Source: Antedon mediterranea (taxonomy: Eukaryota; Animalia; Echinodermata). Taken from it: 64,000 bases of DNA. Location: contig NC_092675.1 in NCBI RefSeq assembly GCF_964355755.1, positions 2,475,812-2,539,811 on the forward strand. Reading direction: 5' to 3'. How positions within the stretch are numbered: the first letter of the stretch is position 1; every line of letters starts with the position of its first letter. Positions 59,601 to 64,000 of this stretch are shown piece after piece. A program made the position numbers and the translations under genes. The notes below the pieces were generated by a model. That model ran no database searches. It was given only the letters and a program-made list of their open reading frames with translations, and was not told the origin of the DNA.

Positions 59601-62600
59601 CACAAAACTTCAGCAATTTGCTCTCCTAAGAAGTATACAATGTTTATAATGAATCATTGTTCACTATACACGGAGATGAGTACAGAATACAGTGAATTAA
59701 AACAGTGAATGTACTGTATTTGGCAAAACTTGGTAAATACAAATGAATAATAGATCATTGCTAATCCTATAGTTAGCCACATCTTTATCGCAATTTCATA
59801 GACTTACCGCCTCCACATGTTGCTGAGCATGGAGACCAGTCTTCGTGTATCCAGCTAAACTGTGATGTTTTTTCTAGGCTCTCGTTGCTGTTCTTCGGTA
59901 TTGTGTATTCGACTGAAAGATCTGCATTTTTCTGTTGCATCAACACCTACAATAGATGTCAGACATATTTAGCAGACAATATTTACACAATGATTATAAT
60001 ATAAATGTTTTGGCACACAGAGTTCACAAGATACAATCAAAGCCCACTGATTATCAACCAACATTGTCATACCGTACCTCAATTGTAAGGGGTTCTGTTA
60101 GTGGTCCTGCTGCCGCGACCTTTTCCAGGTTATTTCGTCTTTTATAAACTACAATCGTACCAGCCGCTCGGTATTGACCGGCATGTCTAATAAACCAATT
60201 TCCATTCAAGTAATAATCGCCATTTTCCCCTCGTATTGCCAGATAGTTGACAGACGCTGCAACTTCGTACACACGAATGTTTCTTGCTCCTATTGGAATC
60301 ACTACCACTTCTCTGTATCCTAATAACAACGAAACAATGAATTGTGTAATTTACCCAAACATACCTATCCATGAGCAGGGACACACACACCCCCTACTCG
60401 TGTAATGTATTCAATCAGCTTTTTAATCCTCTGTATTTATGCTCTATACAATGGCACGACAGGGATGGACTCGACTTTCCACAACGACTGGACTCGACTT
60501 TCCACAACGACTGGACTCGACTGTCCACAACGACATGAACTCGACAAGCCGCAACGACAGGGACTCGACTGTCCACACCGCTGACAGGGTCTCGACTGTT
60601 GAGACATTAGACTGAGACATTAGACAGAGACATGAACTCGTTCAAAACTGCATGTTCTCAACTGTTAACGGCATGGGCTCGACTGTCCCTATAACAGGGT
60701 GAAGGTAACGTGTCGTCGTTTGAACGGCATTGTATTGAGAAATGGAAGGGCAATATCGTGAGAACCGGGGTTTTACATCAACTTCACCCGACATTAAAGA
60801 AATCCAATGGTTATATAGCGAATGTTAGAAACAATAAACAAACAAACTTACCGACACCATGTTGTGTGATGTTACTTTTAATAGTCTTGCACGTGGATCC
60901 ATCACCATGACATACTCCACATTGGTCCTCAATTGCAGTGGAATCTATTTTGTTATCGCATCCCACTTTCTAATACATGCAATGAGAATACGAAAAATTA
61001 GATTTTATTATAATCTATAATATAATTATAACTGATGAAGGGCTAATGTTGCCCGAAAGCTCTGCTAACTTTTATGGCTATTTTACTTTATTGTTTTAAT
61101 TTAGATTTTCGGCTATATTTTTGTATCTTCATTGAAATTCAGCCACATTATCATTTCTGTCAGTATTTTATTTTAATTATAACTACTATAATACTACTGT
61201 ATGACCTATACGGGTACGGGTTTATAGAGTGAAAGACATGAACGTTTTAGTAACAGTAACCTAAATAGCCCTTGATACCTTTACCTGGTCTGAACACATA
61301 CATGTGCACTAACTAGCACCCCATCCGTAAGCAAAATGTACTAACTTTGTGTTGCAGAGCTTTATAATGTGCTATTACGATTGCATACGGTGTCCACAAC
61401 TATTATGCTTGTTATTATTACTTACCTGACAAATTCCACTGATACATATGCCATTCATCTCTACAGCCCCACAAGATGTTCCATCAATTACTTTATCTTT
61501 TAGTGTTTCTATGTGCCTCTGTCTACTCTTCCGTTTACATACTAACGAACATTCTTTACCTACAAATATTCGAAGTTATATTTTTGATAGTTGATAGTAG
61601 AATAAAGAACTCAGTATATATATCTTTCGGAAGAGTACAGGGTTACCCCGGTGTATTGGTCAATGTAGCTCCTGTTATGGACAGACGAACGAGCGCCGTT
61701 TGGTGACAGCACTCTACAAGAGGGGACACTTTGAGGAGAAAAAGTGAGCGAAATGTGTCGTCCACACCTGTTCGCAATTTAGCCCAGTATGCTGCAAGTC
61801 GCAGGTTAATCCCCCAATTACATTTACATAATGAACGCATTTATGTTATGAAGACAATGAACCTACTTTAGGGCAAAGCAAAATTCTAGAAAACCAAAAC
61901 ATAATAAAAGAAGGAGCAAAAAAACCTACCTTTTAGTTGGAGGTACGGTACCCATTGGTAATAATTGCCACGAAAAGGTTTACTGTTGAACGAACTGCAC
62001 TGCAATTCACGGAAATCTTTGGATCCTGGTCGGCAGGGCTAACAGTGAAAACGATATAATTATTTAAAGTCATGCCGAAAAAAATGAATAGTTGATTGTG
62101 GAACTATTCATACGATACGATACAACTTTATATAAAACCAAACATGTTGTATAAAATTGTCATACCTGTGTATTGCACAAAGCATACTTTTCTCGTTTAC
62201 CTAAACAGTATTCACCACCATTTGCTGGTCTGAAAATAATAAACAAATGTATTAGTTCAAACGATACACACTAAAACAATTCTCGATCATGGAATCGTAT
62301 AACTGTTGTGGCGCTGGTTCGACTATTTGTTATACTGTACATGAATGATGTATAGAAATTATTACGTAAATACACATAACGGTATACGGTGTAAGCATGT
62401 ATCCATTATGTATTATTCATACAGAATCAGTGTGTTTGTACTTTATGGCTGGTACGTCAGAATACTGAACGACATACTAACAGGTAAAAGTAAATCTGAT
62501 TTAATCATACCTTGGGTTGTCGCATTCTCTGCTCATAACTGATACCCCACCACCACAAGTCCGAGAGCAACTTGACCATTCTGACCAAGTGCCCCAGTCA

Positions 62601-63882
62601 CCATCGATAGCTACTGCCCTCTCTGTCATAGGCACACATGCGCCGTTCATACACCACTGTAAATTTAGCATAACAATAATCCTATATTTAATAATAGTTT
62701 AAAGAAATGGCATGACGTCTTTCTACTAGTTTCATTAAATGTTTTGCGATCTGTTTTTCTAAATAGTTTCTCATTAACTAGTTTTAATTTGACTAGTGTA
62801 AAGGTTACTGTAGTCCGGGTAGAAAATATATAGGCCTACTATACAATACCTTGTTTTTACCACATTTTGTTCCAGGCGCTGCGCCTCCCATCTTTGTATG
62901 ACAGGTACCATTAAAACACCATAGGGTTCTGCATAAGTCCTCCTAAAATATCAATATTTTCTTTCGTTTTTTATATCTATAGTAAAGCATGACATAATAC
63001 CTCCATACCCCCAACGAAGCGTAGTTGAGCGGTTAGATTAATAAATCGACTGAATAATGATCGATCGGTCAATCAAACTTATCATCAGTCAATTGATCAA
63101 TCAACGCCAATAACTCGGTTAGTCAGCCACTGACTGTTGGACAGATACATTGTTCGTACAGTATTAAGCTTGGTTCCCACGTGGACGCAACGACGTAGGC
63201 ACAACGGAAGTGAGTTGACCAATCACAAGTGACAGTTCGTGATTGGTCAAATTAAACTTTCGGCGCGCTTAGTCGTTGCCATGAAAACCAAGCTATACGC
63301 ATCACACTATTAATTTAGACCTAATATTGCTATAAAAATGTTGGACGTTATGCTAACAAATGATCAACTATTGAGTTAGTAGTGGTGTCTACCTACCGGA
63401 AAACAAACGGACACCGATGATCCGTATCTTAGTCTGCACTGATGTTCAGCATCGTACATGACGCCTGGCGGTACGTCTGGGTAGTCAAAGTCGTGCTTGC
63501 TTGGTGTATCTAACAAACAATCGCCCCAGCCTCGACTAAACAACATCACAAATGAATATTAGGGTTATAACATCATTAGCCTTGGATAACCGTCTTTTTA
63601 TTCTCTGCACATGCCATATTATCAGATTCAAAAGGGGTATTTAAATGCAGATTTCGAGAACACATATAGGCCTTAGCTAATGACATTAAACGGATTTGTT
63701 ACTTAAAAAGTAGTATAACGGTATAAAGAACTCACTCAAGAAAAAATGTGACGTATTCTCGACTACACGGAGACCAAATCAAAGGAGCCACCGAACTTGG
63801 CATAGTACCACTCATTATATAGAGGGCGTTCGTTGGAGATTGTGTGCAATCATTATTATCACCATCATGTTTCATTCCGAGA
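56670..63882 (-). CDS. ADAMTS7: ADAMTS7/12-like metalloprotease, 3' part (5' exons lie beyond the window)
   Basis: GT-AG exons 63882-63736 (LGMKHDG...IMS Met-turn), 63535-63397 ([20 protein letters not shown]), 62942-62850, 62656-62511 (TSR1 [11 protein letters not shown]), 62229-62166, 62038-61930, 61559-61426, 60969-60852, 60319-60078 (spacer YYLNG), 59946-59808, 59625-59499, 58991-58769, 58319-57789, 57552-57396, 56794-56670 (PLAC, CCVTC, TGA). Confidence 0.88.
59240..59375 (+). mobile_element. Degenerate tRNA-derived SINE fragment
   Basis: A-box TAGCCGAGTGGTTAGG and B-box-like GGGTTAAACTCC, followed by a non-tRNA body. Confidence 0.45.
60455..60690. repeat. Degenerate ~23-bp tandem repeat GACTGGACTCGACTTTCCACAAC
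   Basis: Direct repeats in an ADAMTS intron. Confidence 0.75.
61031..61065 (+). ncRNA. Second Penelope-type minimal hammerhead motif (stem I mostly lost), at the start of a repeat extending to ~61165
   Basis: A-CUGAUGA-A-GGGC(uaauguu)GCCC-GAA-AGCU-C/UGC. The downstream ~100 bp match the minus strand of 31462-31504 joined to ~28600-28653. Confidence 0.6.
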
Positions 63883-64000
63883 CTACGTCGTAGAGAAAAA
63901 ATAATTTAGTAATACATTAAAGAACTGACATTTATCTACAATAGGACCCCTTCTTTGGGACACGACCACTATTCAGGAAATATCACTATTACTGTTTTGG

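Noticed and set aside
2619-63882. Functional cluster of O-FucT genes with their possible TSR substrate ADAMTS
   Set aside because: The genes are more than 45 kb apart with unrelated genes between them, the O-FucTs are not evidently POFUT2 orthologs, and eukaryotic adjacency is weak evidence.

Overview
AT-rich eukaryotic genomic DNA with GT-AG introns. Gene and repeat content suggest a marine invertebrate deuterostome, possibly an echinoderm (inference only). Genes, all on the minus strand unless noted: two tandemly duplicated, spliced GDP-fucose O-fucosyltransferase (O-FucT)-like genes (~2.6-4.2 kb and ~9.6-11.1 kb) that the ORF track only partly shows; a complete 23-exon TRPM1/3/6/7-clade channel without a kinase domain (15221-44187); an intronless class A GPCR (46023-47174); tRNA-Asn(GTT) on + (50617-50690); and the 3' part of an ADAMTS7/12-like protease (56670 to beyond the window end). 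The most interesting non-genic signals are: (1) a 5'-truncated L1/Tx1 retrotransposon with an intact 949-aa RT ORF, inserted with a 14-bp target-site duplication into the Pol III terminator of the tRNA-Asn gene; (2) two minimal Penelope-type hammerhead ribozyme motifs; (3) a three-level nest in which a Helentron-type non-autonomous element sits inside a related element, itself inside the hammerhead-bearing repeat. Also present: a 5S-headed SINE-like element, Deu/Nin-type tRNA SINEs, several MITE families, minisatellites that appear to derive from one MITE, and a ~185-bp palindromic satellite. All calls were made by eye; no database searches were run.
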